Below, piece after piece: positions 1-10,404 of a stretch of DNA of 64,000 nucleotides (positions are counted from its first letter, which is position 1; each line of letters opens with the position of its first letter). The notes beneath the pieces are model-generated. The model worked only from the letters and a program-made list of their open reading frames with translations, made no database searches and was not told the origin of the DNA. The position numbers and the translations under genes were made by a program. This stretch comes from an uncultured Chloroflexia bacterium (GTDB taxonomy: Bacteria > Chloroflexota > Limnocylindria > QHBO01), in NCBI GenBank assembly GCA_963825525.1, contig CAWGTN010000003.1, positions 32,001 through 96,000 of the forward strand. The letters run 5' to 3'.

Positions 1-440
1 CAGAAGAATGCGGTGAACCATCCATACCGCAGGCCCACGCGGCCTGCAGCGAAAGCGAGGACCTCGGTTCGATCGTTTCCGTCGTAACGCAGCCGGATCG
101 GACGCATCTCATCGTTTCGGCTGTCGACGCGGTTCACCGCGACGCCACGAGCTGTGGCCTCGACCATCAATGCATGTCCGGCAGGGGAGTTGCCAATGGC
201 TAGGGCGGCGTGGTTCCACCGGGATCGAGTCGCCAAGTGGATTAAGAGGGGGAGCCACAGGCTGAAGCGCCAGATCTGGCGCAGCGGCGTCGGCGTGTGG
301 AAGATGAGGACGTCGCCTTCGCCAACGGTGGCCCCGGCCGGAAAGGACACCACTTCCGGGGCATGTTCGGCACGGCTGGCGTTCATCGGGCCGGCCGTGT
401 CTGAATCGCTTGGTGACGCGACGCGGGTTCTCCCGCCCAT
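1..440 (-). CDS. Permuted papain-like amidase (YiiX/YebB-like NlpC/P60), runs off window start
   Basis: Not in the ORF track. Hand translation gives GEGDVLIFHTP..LIHLATRSRWNHAALAIG..MVEATARGV..AAGRVGLRYGW; start is ATG 440 or 386. Confidence 0.7.
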   Translation of the reverse strand, partial: MGGRTRVASPSDSDTAGPMNASRAEHAPEVVSFPAGATVGEGDVLIFHTPTPLRQIWRFSLWLPLLIHLATRSRWNHAALAIGNSPAGHALMVEATARGVAVNRVDSRNDEMRPIRLRYDGNDRTEVLAFAAGRVGLRYGWFTAFF

Positions 441-454
441 CGACTCGTCCGTAG

Positions 455-467
455 CGAATAATAGTTG
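455..467. promoter_or_regulatory. Candidate operator box CGAATAATAGTTG
   Basis: The 12-mer GAATAATAGTTG is identical to 43850-43861; lies in a divergent intergenic region. Confidence 0.45.
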
Positions 468-532
468 GTGACACTGTAGCGCCTCTGTCCAGAGGTACGG
501 CCTTCGTGCACCTTCTGGGGGCATAGGGGCTC

Positions 533-562
533 TTGCAAACGATTAGTTGAGCAGCCTAGGAT
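533..562 (+). promoter_or_regulatory. Sigma70-like promoter TTGCAA-18-TAGGAT containing box AAACGATTAGTTG
   Basis: -35 at 533-538, -10 at 557-562, upstream of the thermonuclease gene. Confidence 0.45.
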
Positions 563-612
563 CGCCGCCTGAGCGGCGTGCCCGAGATCGCCGTCGGAGG
601 GGAGAGGGGAAT

Positions 613-1695
613 ATGGGCCACGTGCTTGGTGCCCTGGCACTGGCTGTCATCGGCCTGGCGTTGCTGATCATCGTTGCGCCGATCCTGCTTGTCATAGCAC
701 TTGTCTTCATGGTCGTTGCCTGGCGGCTGCCGGCGGCGGCGTCCCGCGTGTCGACACATCCGCGGTTGGCCCCCGTGCCGTCCTCGGTGCGGTCGACACC
801 GATGCGTTTCGCGAGCGCGCTGGTGGCTGCGACCATCGTGCTGACCGTCGCGTCCGTGGCAATCCGGGGACCCAATGAGGCCGAGCCAGCGGTCGCCGCC
901 GCAACTCCGACCTCGACAGCTACGGCGTCACCATCCGCGACGCCAGATCCCACACGCACCGAGCGGCCGACGGCTCGCCCGACGCCACGTCCCACGCGCA
1001 CCCCAAGCCCGGAGCCCACGCCAGTGCTCGGGCAGGAGCCGACGGGTTCGACGGAGATCGGCCTGGTCGTGAACATCGTGGATGGCGACACGATTGACGT
1101 CCTCGTCGATGGCGTCGAGATGCGGGTGCGCTACATCGGCATGGATACGCCGGAGGTCCACAGTGGGTTCGAGTGGCTGGGTGCCGAGTCCAGCGCGGCC
1201 AACGCACGCCTGGTCGAGGGCAAGGAAGTCGTGCTCGAGAAGGACGTGTCGGAGACGGACCAGTACGGGCGCGCGCTGCGCTACGTCTGGTTGCACGACG
1301 GCGGCGAGTGGTTGCTGGTGAACCTTGAGCTCATTCGGCTGGGATTCGCGGTCGTGACGACCTACCCACCCGACGTGAAGTACGTGGATGACTTCTACCT
1401 GCCGGCGCAGGAAGTCGCCCGCGACGCGGGATTGGGTCAATGGGGCAGTCCGCCCACTCCGGCCCCTACGCCGGTCCCGCCGCCGCCTCCTCCAGCGCCA
1501 ACGGCGGCGCCGATTCTGCCGATCGTGCCGTCGAACTGCGAGCCCTCATATCCCGGAATCTGCATTCCGATCGGATCGGCCGATCTCGATTGCGGCGAGA
1601 TCCAATGGCGACGCTTCCAGGTTCGCTGGGACGTGCCCAACCCTGACCCGCACCGGTTCGACGGTGATGGGGACGGCATCGGCTGCGAGTCGTGA
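613..1695 (+). CDS. Membrane-anchored thermonuclease (SNase family) with C-terminal Excalibur-like Ca-binding domain
   Basis: IVDGDTIDV, VRYIGMDTPE, DQYGRALRYV motifs; N-terminal TM helices; Pro/Thr linkers; DLDC..FDGDGDGIGCE; GGAGAGGGG RBS. Confidence 0.9.
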   Translation: MGHVLGALALAVIGLALLIIVAPILLVIALVFMVVAWRLPAAASRVSTHPRLAPVPSSVRSTPMRFASALVAATIVLTVASVAIRGPNEAEPAVAAATPTSTATASPSATPDPTRTERPTARPTPRPTRTPSPEPTPVLGQEPTGSTEIGLVVNIVDGDTIDVLVDGVEMRVRYIGMDTPEVHSGFEWLGAESSAANARLVEGKEVVLEKDVSETDQYGRALRYVWLHDGGEWLLVNLELIRLGFAVVTTYPPDVKYVDDFYLPAQEVARDAGLGQWGSPPTPAPTPVPPPPPPAPTAAPILPIVPSNCEPSYPGICIPIGSADLDCGEIQWRRFQVRWDVPNPDPHRFDGDGDGIGCES

Positions 1696-1840
1696 GGCTT
1701 AGACCTTCCCTTCAGGCTTCCGCTGCGACCGGCTCATAAGCCGCACGCTACCTGGGCTGCTGGGACCATCTCGGTCACTCCATTGATTGCGTCGCTGCCC
1801 TCAGTCATCGGGACCGGCATCGCATGGGTTCCGCTGGCCT

Positions 1841-2998
1841 TCATGGTCGACGGGGTGACGATGCTGCAGCTGCCGGTGCGCGTCGTCGGCGCCGGTGAGA
1901 CGGCGAGCGCGTTGTCTCGCCCTCCGCACCGAACATATGATCGACGAGGTAGGCAGCGTCGCGACCGACTCCGCCGAGCAGCGCGCTGGCGCCGGAGTAC
2001 ATGAACGGCAGGCCGATGAATGACAGCCCCGGGACGCCGGTGACGATCCCGCGCCTCTGCATCGGCCAGCCATCGGGGCCGGTGACGGGAAAATGGATCC
2101 ATTCATGGTCCGGACGGAAGCCCGTGGCCCACACAACGTTCGCAACCTCCATCGTGCGGCCGTCATCGAGCACCGGATTCCCGTCACGGACTCCCTCCAC
2201 CCGGGCATGGATGCGCTCCACGCCGGCGTCGACGAGATCCTGCGGCTGAACGCGCTCGAGCGGCAGACCGTGGTCACGGATGTCCGCCTGCGCCTTGCGA
2301 CCCATCGGCGTGTCCATGGTGGCGATGTGGTTGATGAAGAACCAGAAGAAGGTGTCGAAGAGCCTGGCCAGCCGATCCTCCGGCCGGAACGGCATCTTGC
2401 CCACGTTGCGTCCGCAGAGCGCGGTTCGGTGGCCCTTCGCCGCCAACAGTGCGATCTCGGCGCCCGAATTGCTGGCGCCGACGACGAGCACGGGCCCGTC
2501 GCGCAGCTGCGAGGCGGTCCGGAAGTTACGCGAGTGGATCTGGAGGATGGCCGGGTCGAGGTCGCTCGCGATGTCGGGGATTCGAGGACGGTCGAATGCG
2601 CCGGTTGCGACGACGACCTGGTGTGCGAGGTACTCGTGCTCGCCGGCCGCGACCCGAAAACGGTGTCCGTTCGTGCCGGGCCACACGTCGTCGACCCGGA
2701 CGCCGTTGTGCAGGGGCAGTGCCCACCGCGCCGCGTACGCGTCGAGATAGTCGGCCACCTCGTCCTTGGTCGGAAACCCATGCGGATCACCGGGGAACGG
2801 CGTCCCGGGCAGGCTGTCCAGGCGGGCAGACGTGAAGAGGCTGAGTCCCTCCCATCGAGTGCGCCACGCGTCGCCCACCCGTGCGTGCGCGTCGAGGATG
2901 ACGAAGTTCCGCCGCCGCTTGGCCAGGTGGTGGCCGACGGCAAGCCCCGCCTGTCCGCCGCCGATGACCACGGTGTCGTACTGCTCCGTCTGCACCAT
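1841..2998 (-). CDS. Flavin-containing monooxygenase-like NAD(P)/FAD oxidoreductase
   Basis: GGGQAG FAD motif, VVATG, HSRNFR, VVGASNSG NADPH motif, WATGF. Confidence 0.88.
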   Translation of the reverse strand: MVQTEQYDTVVIGGGQAGLAVGHHLAKRRRNFVILDAHARVGDAWRTRWEGLSLFTSARLDSLPGTPFPGDPHGFPTKDEVADYLDAYAARWALPLHNGVRVDDVWPGTNGHRFRVAAGEHEYLAHQVVVATGAFDRPRIPDIASDLDPAILQIHSRNFRTASQLRDGPVLVVGASNSGAEIALLAAKGHRTALCGRNVGKMPFRPEDRLARLFDTFFWFFINHIATMDTPMGRKAQADIRDHGLPLERVQPQDLVDAGVERIHARVEGVRDGNPVLDDGRTMEVANVVWATGFRPDHEWIHFPVTGPDGWPMQRRGIVTGVPGLSFIGLPFMYSGASALLGGVGRDAAYLVDHMFGAEGETTRSPSHRRRRRAPAAAASSPRRP

Positions 2999-3105
2999 CT
3001 CCCTGTTCTCCAGCTGCGAACTGATGCAGACCACGATCCGATGAGCGGAGCCGATGGCGCATCGGACGAACGATCCATTCCACGGAGCAACCGCGATGGG
3101 TTGAT

Positions 3106-4770
3106 CTATGTAGACGGCCGGATGAGGTCGTGCTCGTAGGCGTAGCCCGTCGCGGCAGCGCGCGACGAGACGCCGAGCTTGTCGAAGATGTTGCTCAGGT
3201 GGCGCGCGACCGTCTTCTCGCTGATAACCAGCTCGACCGCCACGGCCCGGTTCGTCATTCCTGCGGCCACCAGGCGGAGCACTTCCACCTCACGCGTCGT
3301 CAAGCCGCCGGCAAGGGCAGCCGGCTTCCCCGCTTCGAGCTGGTTCAGGGCCGCGAGATCGGGGGTGGCGCCGAGGCGGCCGAACACATCACGCGCGGCG
3401 TCGAACTCCATGGCTGCGGCATCGTCGTCACCCAGCCGACGACAGGCGAGCCCGATGAGGACCCGTGCCCGCGCCGCCTCGTACGGGGCATCGAGCTCAT
3501 GCCACGCCGCCCACGAGGCGCGCAGGGCGATCAACGCGGCTCGCGGATCGCCCTCGACGAGGAGAACGGAGCCCTCGGCCCGCTTCGCCATGGCGCGCAG
3601 CTGCATCGAGCCGATCTCGTCCGCGACCATCCCCATCTCGTCCGCTGCCACGCGTGCCGAGTCAGCCGATCCGACGGCGAGCATGATCTCCACCAGCGGT
3701 CCGAGCAACCGGGCCCGGGCGAAGACGTTCGTGGTCTCGTCGATCGCGCGACGGATCGCCGCCGCGGCGGCCGTTGTGCGGCCATGGGCCAACCACAGCA
3801 GCGCGATGCCCGGTTCGGGGGCTCGGCCCAGGCTGCTCGCGCGTCGATACGCGGTCTCTGCCCTGGCCAGCTCGCCCCGCAGCCGATGCAGCTCGGCCGT
3901 CTGGTAGACGGCCTCCCCGAGGGCCGGATCGGGCTCGGGCTCGGCCAGCCGCTGGCTGGCCTCCAGCGCCTCGGCGGCAGCCTCCTGCCATGCCCCGTGG
4001 AACTGCTTGAGCTCGGCGCGGCTGAGCAGGCACTGTCCGCGGAAGGACACGAGCTGCGGTTGCGCCTCGCACCATCGGTCGAGCGCCTCGGTCCACTCCT
4101 GCGCCCTCCGAAGGTCGAAGACCTGCTGGCATGAGGCAATGACCGAGCAGTAGGCGATGCCGACCACCACAGCCGACACCTCGTCCGACGTGGCCGAGAC
4201 CATGACCTCGTCCATGAGCGCGAGGCCCTCCTCGGGCCGGCGGAGCTCGATGAGCGCCTCCCCCTGTCCCAGCCGCGCCAGGACCAGGAGGTCGGGATCC
4301 GAGAATGTCGTGGCGATGCGTTCGCCCCGAATGTAACTCTCCAGGGCCGCCGTCGGTTCACCGAGCGCGAGGCTCCTCGCCGCCGCGGCGACGATGAGAT
4401 ATCCCGACTCGACCCGTTCTCGGTCGTCCTGCCCGATGAGGCGCTCGGCGCGGGCGAGCCACCCCGCGGCCGGCGCCATCTCTCCGCGACCCAGGTGCTC
4501 GACCGCTACCCAGAACGCGGCGCGGGCCGCCCGTCCAACGTCCCCGGTGCGCACCGACTCCTGGTAGGCGCGGCGGGTTGCCGCCGCGCTCTCCTCGAAC
4601 TTTCCGAGCAGCTGCGCGGCGAGGGCAAGCCGCTCCAGGTCTTCCGGGGCGAGAGGCTCAGCGCGGTCCGAGGCGGAGAGGAGGGCATCCGCATCGGCCC
4701 ATGCCCGGCGGCTGAACGCCTCGCGTCCTTGCTGGAGCGTCGTCCGTCGCAGGCTCTCGCGTGATGCCAT
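3106..4770 (-). CDS. LuxR-family regulator with TPR-like sensor domain
   Basis: C-terminal LTTREVEVLRLVAAGMTNRAVA..ISEKTVARHLSNIFDKLGV; helical repeats upstream. Confidence 0.92.
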   Translation of the reverse strand: MASRESLRRTTLQQGREAFSRRAWADADALLSASDRAEPLAPEDLERLALAAQLLGKFEESAAATRRAYQESVRTGDVGRAARAAFWVAVEHLGRGEMAPAAGWLARAERLIGQDDRERVESGYLIVAAAARSLALGEPTAALESYIRGERIATTFSDPDLLVLARLGQGEALIELRRPEEGLALMDEVMVSATSDEVSAVVVGIAYCSVIASCQQVFDLRRAQEWTEALDRWCEAQPQLVSFRGQCLLSRAELKQFHGAWQEAAAEALEASQRLAEPEPDPALGEAVYQTAELHRLRGELARAETAYRRASSLGRAPEPGIALLWLAHGRTTAAAAAIRRAIDETTNVFARARLLGPLVEIMLAVGSADSARVAADEMGMVADEIGSMQLRAMAKRAEGSVLLVEGDPRAALIALRASWAAWHELDAPYEAARARVLIGLACRRLGDDDAAAMEFDAARDVFGRLGATPDLAALNQLEAGKPAALAGGLTTREVEVLRLVAAGMTNRAVAVELVISEKTVARHLSNIFDKLGVSSRAAATGYAYEHDLIRPST

Positions 4771-5210
4771 GGCACAGTAGTGTCTGCCATGGACGGTGCC
4801 CTGCCAAGACGCCAAGTCGCGTGCCATCGTTGGAGGCTCGCGATCGCCTGATCCGATGGCGCGTGGAGACCGTACCGGTAGGCGACCGGAAGCGGTCTGC
4901 TGGTCGGTGCCGTCAGGAACTCAGGCAGACCCACCGTCGATCTATCGAGAAAATACATCGGGATCGGCATCGCGATGATGGCCGTCGGCTGGATTGTTCT
5001 CGGGCTCGATCTCGCCATGCGCCGGGTCACGATGCAGCCCAGCTCCTACGAGTTGGTGTGTGCGAGGTGTGGTGTGCTGGAGGATCCCCCCGAGGTGCAG
5101 GCGAGTCCCGGCCCCGGGATGTCGGCCGAGCACCTCGCCCGCAAGCGGGACTTGAGAGCCGGCCGATTGGCGACCTGAGAGGTCGCCCGTTCCCCGGTAC
5201 CACCGGGCCT

Positions 5211-5350
5211 CCGCGACTTGTCATGTGCTCGCATGGTTCGCATTAGCCGGCCGTGAGGGTCAAGCTGGCGCGGGTCCACGCTCGGGCGACGGCGTTCGAG
5301 GTCTCCGGAGCTCGCTAATGCGAACCTGGAGAGCATTTGGCAGGACGCGA
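5211..5350. repeat. Intergenic repeat family A, copy 1
   Basis: GGTTCGCATTAGC (5235-5247) and GCTAATGCGAACC (5314-5326) form an inverted repeat with a 66-nt spacer; homologous to 10256, 11170, 23641. Confidence 0.85.
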
Positions 5351-5354
5351 ACCC

Positions 5355-6332
5355 TCACTCGGGTGACACGGCGCGGTCCCGAGCAGCGCGGGCGCGGCGC
5401 TTGCCCTCGTGCATGGCCTGGACCCGCCCGATCGGGATGGCATGGCCCTCCGCGATGAGATCAGAGGGCAACCGCTGCGGCTCCGGCATGTGCTCGCGCC
5501 ACGGATCGCGATCGCCGAGCTGCTTGAGCGCGGTGTGGATGGTGAAATCGGACGGGGTGATGTCGTCGAGGTCCTCCCACGCGATCGGGAAGGAGACGGG
5601 GACACCCGGTCGGACGCGCGGACTATAGGCAGCGATCACGGTGGCGCCGCCGACCCTGGTCGCGTCGACGAAGACCTTCCCGCCGCGATCGGCCCTGACG
5701 AACGCTGTGGTCGCGATGTCCGGATCCAGGTGCTCGGCGCGCGCCGCGATCGCCCGGGTTGCGGCGCCCGCGTCCTCCAGCGAACCGGTGTCGTCTATCG
5801 GCACGAACACGTGGAGCCCCTTGGCACCGCTGGTCTTCACGGCTCCCGCCAGGCCGACATCGGTCAGCGCCTGGCGAACCGCATGGGCGACCCGAACCGC
5901 CAGCGGGAACGCATCGGCCTCCGGGGGGTCGAGGTCGAGCACCAGGTGGGTCATCCGGTCCGGTTGATCGACGCGCACCAGGGCGGGGTGATACTCGATC
6001 GCCCGCTGGTTGGCGAACCACAGCAGCGTCCGGCGGTCGTTGCACAGCGCGTAGGACACGTCCCGGTTCGACGACTCGGCCCACATGCGCACCGTCCGCA
6101 CCCACGACGGCGTGTACTTCGGCACGTTCTTCTGCATGAAGGCTTCCTGGCCCCGATGAACCCGAATGACCGACAGCGGCCGCTCCTCGAGCACGGGGAG
6201 GATCCGATCCCGGACAGCGTCGAGGTACTCCACCAGGTCCCGCTTCGTCGCGCCGGCTCCGTCGAACAGGGGCTGGTCCAGGTTCGTCAGCCGGACGCCA
6301 TCGCGTTCTTCGGCTTCACTCGCGGTGCTCAT
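5355..6332 (-). CDS. LigD polymerase (primase-polymerase) domain protein
   Basis: LTNLDQPLF..TKRDLVEY, FMQKN, LVLDLDP, KTSGAKGLHVFVP, AYSPRVRPG.PVSFP. Confidence 0.9.
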   Translation of the reverse strand: MSTASEAEERDGVRLTNLDQPLFDGAGATKRDLVEYLDAVRDRILPVLEERPLSVIRVHRGQEAFMQKNVPKYTPSWVRTVRMWAESSNRDVSYALCNDRRTLLWFANQRAIEYHPALVRVDQPDRMTHLVLDLDPPEADAFPLAVRVAHAVRQALTDVGLAGAVKTSGAKGLHVFVPIDDTGSLEDAGAATRAIAARAEHLDPDIATTAFVRADRGGKVFVDATRVGGATVIAAYSPRVRPGVPVSFPIAWEDLDDITPSDFTIHTALKQLGDRDPWREHMPEPQRLPSDLIAEGHAIPIGRVQAMHEGKRRARAARDRAVSPE

Positions 6333-6606
6333 GGCGCGTGAAACGCTATCACGGCCCTCTCGGCGCCACGCTGGTCGTGCGAGCTGGCCGCGCCCAACGC
6401 ACCCTGTTCAGCTATTACCGGGGCGTCTTACCACTGACCGATCTCTCGGGCCGACGGAGCTGCGGAGCACGCCATGGCGAAGTAGAAGAGGGCCGAGGTG
6501 AGGCCGACCGCCGCGGTGGCGCGCGCTGCCAGCGAGCCGGCTGACGGCATGGGCCGATCGGACACCACCGGGACGCCGATCAGCAGGGACGCCGCCATGG
6601 TGATGA

Positions 6607-7135
6607 GTGCCAGACCTCGTCAAGGGTCGGTATAATGCTTCGGTTGCATCGAACTATCCGGAGATAACGAACATTTCGTCAGGACCGAACGAAGACCTGA
6701 TCGGCCGCGTCATCGCAGCGTACGACCGCTTCTATGCCTCGATCGCCAGGCTGCACGCGCCGCACGTCATCGAGCTCAGCCTCACGCTGGCCCAGCTCAA
6801 GGCGCTGTATCTGATCGCGTCCTCGGGATCGATGAGGATGCGCGAGGTCGCGGAGCGACTCGGGACGGCCGCCTCGACCACCAGCGAGGTGGTGCACGGG
6901 CTCGTCCAGCTGGGCCTGCTCGAGCGCGTCGAGGATCCCGCCGACCGCCGCCAGGTTGCTAGTCCGTCCGACGCCGGCGGCCGCCGAACGGCTCGAGGAC
7001 TTCTCGGAGCTGGGCCACAACCGCATTCGCGAGCTGCTGGCGCACGTTCAGGCGCCCGACGATCTCGTAGTCATCCAACGAGCGATCGACCTGCTTGCCG
7101 ATGCGGCCGTCGCCGCCGAAAGGAACCCGAGCTAG
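6607..7135 (+). CDS. MarR-family regulator (frameshift near 6957; start uncertain)
   Basis: LTLAQLKALYLI..EVAERLG..LLERVEDPADRRQV continues after a one-base shift as LVRPTPAAAERLEDF.. to TAG 7133-7135, abutting the RND ATG. Confidence 0.82.
6631..6655 (+). promoter_or_regulatory. TATAAT -10 box followed by near-palindrome TTCGGTTGCATCGAA (candidate MarR operator)
   Basis: TATAAT at 6631-6636 directly before the marR-RND operon. Confidence 0.5.
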
Positions 7136-10100
7136 ATGAACTGGATCACCCGCGCCGCCGTGAGCCGGCGGAGCGTCACAATGCTGCTGGCGACCGGCCT
7201 CTTCGTCGCCGGCCTGCTGTCATGGGGGAGCCTCAAGCAGGAGCTCCTGCCCGACGTCGAGTTCCCGGTCGCGACCGTGATCGCTCCGTTCCCGGCCGCC
7301 GGCGCCGATGACGTGGCCACCCAGGTGGTCGCACCGATCGAGCGCGCACTCCAGTCGATCGGCGGCGTCGACCAGCTGCGGTCCACGTCGGCGAACTCCA
7401 TCGGCTTCGTCACCGTGCAGTTCGAGTACGGGACCGATATCGACGAGGCGACGACCGCCATGGAGGAGTCGATCGCCGCCCTCGGTCTGCCGGACGGCGT
7501 CGAGCCGGTCGTATCCGCGCTCAACATCAACGCCTCGCCGGTGATCGTGGCCGCCATCTCGTCCGAGTCGGCATCCCTGGCCGAGCTGGGCGGCATCGCG
7601 ACGGACCTCATCGTTCCCAAGCTCGAGGGCATCTCCGGCGTCGCCGACGTCGAGCTCAACGGCGGCCTCGAGGAGCGGGTGACGATCACCCTCGACCCGA
7701 CGGCGCTGGCGGCAAGTGGCATCGGCGTCCCGCAGATCCAGGGCGCGCTCGCCGCGGCCAACGTGACGATCCCGTCCGGTGAGCTGCCGTCCGACAACGA
7801 GTCGATCCCGGTCACCACCATCGGCGCGATCGGCTCCGTGGAGGAGCTCGAGGGCGTGATCATCGGCGCCAATCCGTCCACCACGCCGCCGACGCCGGTG
7901 ACGCTGGGTGACGTGGCCGACATCGCGACCGACGAGGTCGCCACCACGGGCTACGCCCGCATCAACGGCTCCGAGGCCCTGGGGCTGACGGTGAGCAAGA
8001 CCTCGTCCGCCAACACCGTGGACGTTTCCGATGCCGTGAGCGAGGCGCTCGACGAGATCGTCGCCGAGAGCGGCGCGGACCTCGAGATCGAGATCGTCTC
8101 CGACCAGGCCGACTTCATCATCGAGTCGCGCGATGGCCTGCTGCGCGAGGGTGGCCTCGGCGCCGTGTTCGCCATCCTGACGATCTTCGCCTTCCTGTTC
8201 AGCCTGCGATCGACGTTCGTCGCCGCGCTCAGCATTCCGCTCTCGCTGCTCATCGCCGTGGTCGCCATGCAGCTGTCCGGGATCACGATGAACATCATGA
8301 CCCTCGGCGGGCTGGCGGTCGCCGTGGGCCGAGTGGTCGACGACTCGATCGTCGTGCTCGAGAACATCTACCGGCACCGCGCCATGGGGGAGGACCGCCT
8401 GACGGCCTCGCTGCGGGGGCCGGCCGAGGTCGCCGGGGCGGTCACCTGGAGCACGCTGACGACCGTCGCCGTGTTCCTGCCGCTCGGCTTCGCCGGCGGG
8501 CTGATCAGCCAGTTCTTCCTGCCGTTCGCCCTCACCACCGCGTTCGCGCTGCTCGGGTCGCTGCTGGTCGCCCTGACCGTGATCCCGGTGCTGGCCTACT
8601 TCCTGGTGTCGGCCCCGTCGGGGTCGGTCGACGAGTCCGGTGAGCCGATGCGCTCCATCTGGGTCCGCATCTACGACCCGACGATCCGCGCCACGCTGCG
8701 CAACCGATGGACTCGGCTGGGTGCGGTCCTTGGGGCCCTGCTCCTGTTCGTCGCGTCACTCGCGATCGTGCCGCTGCTCCCGACGACCTTCCTCAACTCC
8801 GGGTCGGAGAAGATCCTCGTTATCAACGTCGCGCCTCCGGCCGGGGCGAGCTCGCTCGCGGTGCGCGACCGCTCCGCCGAGGCCGAGGATCTCGTTCTTG
8901 GCGACGACGAGGTGGAGCTCGTCCAGACCACCGTACCGCCGGAGGGCGACACCGGTTTCCGGACGCTGATCTCCGCACAGGCGGGACGCGCCGCGAACTC
9001 GGCAACCATGTTCGTCCGCCTGGACTCCGACGCCGACCTCGAGGAAGCCGCGCTGCGGCTCGAGGAGACGCTTGGCCCGATCGAAACCGATGGGTGGGAC
9101 GCGACCGTCCAGCAGGCCAGCGGGCCTGGTGGATCGAGCAACCTCGCGCTCGTGGTGAGCGGACCCGACCTCGACTCGGTGGAGATGGGCACGGCCACGA
9201 TCATCGACGCCGTCGCGCCGATCGAGGGCCTCGGGACGGTCACCAGCGACCTGGTGGCAGCCGCGCCGCAGGTCGAGATCCGGGTCGACACCCGTCGCGC
9301 TGCCGCGGCCGGAGTCAGTGCGGCCCAGGTGGGCGGGGTCGTGCGCGGCGCCCTGACGCCAACTCCGGTCACCACCATCCGTCCGGATGACGCCGGCGCC
9401 GAGCCGGTGCAGGTGATTCTTCAGCTCGATCCGGAGGCCGTCGACTCGGTCGAGGCACTCGGCCGGCTGCCGGTCGGACCGGGCGTGACCCTGGCCGACG
9501 TCGCGACGATCGACGAGCAGAACGTCCGCGCCACGGTGAGCCGGGTCGGCGGCACCGCCTCGTCAACAGTGAGCGGCGAGGTCATCGGCGAGGACACCGG
9601 CGCGATCTCGGCGGCGGTCCAGGCCGAGCTCGATCGGCTCGAAAATGACGGGGAGCTGCCCGCGGGCGTATCGGTCTCGGTCGGTGGCGTCAGCCAGCAG
9701 CAGGCTGAGGCATTCGGCGGCCTCTTCGTCGCGATGGGAGTGGCGGTGGCGCTCGTCTACCTGATGCTGGTCCTTGCGTTCAACTCGCTGATCACGCCGT
9801 TCATCCTGCTGTTCAGCCTCCCGCTGGCGACGATCGGCGCCTTCCCGGCGCTGCTCCTCACCGGGAGGCCGATCGGGATCAGCGCCCTCATCGGCTTCCT
9901 CATGCTCATCGGGATCGTGGTGACCAACGCGATCGTGCTGCTCGACCTCGTCGAGCGGCTGCGGGCGGAGGGCGTGCCGTTGAAGGAGGCCCTCATCCGG
10001 GGCGGTCACACCCGCGTGCGGCCGATCCTCATGACGGCGCTGGCCACGATCCTTGCCCTCGTTCCGCTGGCGGCGGGGCTCAACGAGGGATCGATCATCG

Positions 10101-10228
10101 CGGCCGAGCTCGGCACTGTGGTGATCGGCGGCCTGCTGAGCTCGACGTTCCTGACCCTGATCGTCGTACCGGCAGCCTACTCGCTGGTGGAGGGTCTGCG
10201 GGCTCGGCTCGGGGGGCGGCCGGCCTGA
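7136..10228 (+). CDS. RND efflux transporter permease (AcrB/SwrC-like)
   Basis: 1030 aa; AVGRVVDDSIVVLENI, GIVVTNAIVL, RVRPILMT motifs; no membrane fusion protein adjacent. Confidence 0.95.
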   Translation: MNWITRAAVSRRSVTMLLATGLFVAGLLSWGSLKQELLPDVEFPVATVIAPFPAAGADDVATQVVAPIERALQSIGGVDQLRSTSANSIGFVTVQFEYGTDIDEATTAMEESIAALGLPDGVEPVVSALNINASPVIVAAISSESASLAELGGIATDLIVPKLEGISGVADVELNGGLEERVTITLDPTALAASGIGVPQIQGALAAANVTIPSGELPSDNESIPVTTIGAIGSVEELEGVIIGANPSTTPPTPVTLGDVADIATDEVATTGYARINGSEALGLTVSKTSSANTVDVSDAVSEALDEIVAESGADLEIEIVSDQADFIIESRDGLLREGGLGAVFAILTIFAFLFSLRSTFVAALSIPLSLLIAVVAMQLSGITMNIMTLGGLAVAVGRVVDDSIVVLENIYRHRAMGEDRLTASLRGPAEVAGAVTWSTLTTVAVFLPLGFAGGLISQFFLPFALTTAFALLGSLLVALTVIPVLAYFLVSAPSGSVDESGEPMRSIWVRIYDPTIRATLRNRWTRLGAVLGALLLFVASLAIVPLLPTTFLNSGSEKILVINVAPPAGASSLAVRDRSAEAEDLVLGDDEVELVQTTVPPEGDTGFRTLISAQAGRAANSATMFVRLDSDADLEEAALRLEETLGPIETDGWDATVQQASGPGGSSNLALVVSGPDLDSVEMGTATIIDAVAPIEGLGTVTSDLVAAAPQVEIRVDTRRAAAAGVSAAQVGGVVRGALTPTPVTTIRPDDAGAEPVQVILQLDPEAVDSVEALGRLPVGPGVTLADVATIDEQNVRATVSRVGGTASSTVSGEVIGEDTGAISAAVQAELDRLENDGELPAGVSVSVGGVSQQQAEAFGGLFVAMGVAVALVYLMLVLAFNSLITPFILLFSLPLATIGAFPALLLTGRPIGISALIGFLMLIGIVVTNAIVLLDLVERLRAEGVPLKEALIRGGHTRVRPILMTALATILALVPLAAGLNEGSIIAAELGTVVIGGLLSSTFLTLIVVPAAYSLVEGLRARLGGRPA

Positions 10229-10255
10229 CCCACCGCCGACCGCGTTTCCAACCCT

Positions 10256-10390
10256 CGCGACTGGTCATATGCCGCCGTGGTTCGCATTAGCCGGCAGTGA
10301 GCCGATGTGGCCGTCACCTCCACGCTCACGGAGCAGCCGATCGGCCGTCAGGAGCTCGCTAATGCGAATGACGCGAGCATTTGGCAAGAC
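10256..10390. repeat. Intergenic repeat family A, copy 2
   Basis: TTCGCATTAGC 10281-10291 / GCTAATGCGAA 10358-10368, 66-nt spacer, central TCCACGCTC. Confidence 0.85.
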
Positions 10391-10404
10391 ACGCGGCGAC
10401 GCAC

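Noticed and set aside
4930-5178. Single TCGATCTATCGA box and 67-aa ORF 4975-5178
   Set aside because: No companion boxes at family B spacing; the ORF has no RBS or recognisable domain and may be a gene remnant
6340-6610. Possible small gene or ncRNA between ligD and marR
   Set aside because: Only a hydrophobic fragment without a clear start; no recognisable RNA motif
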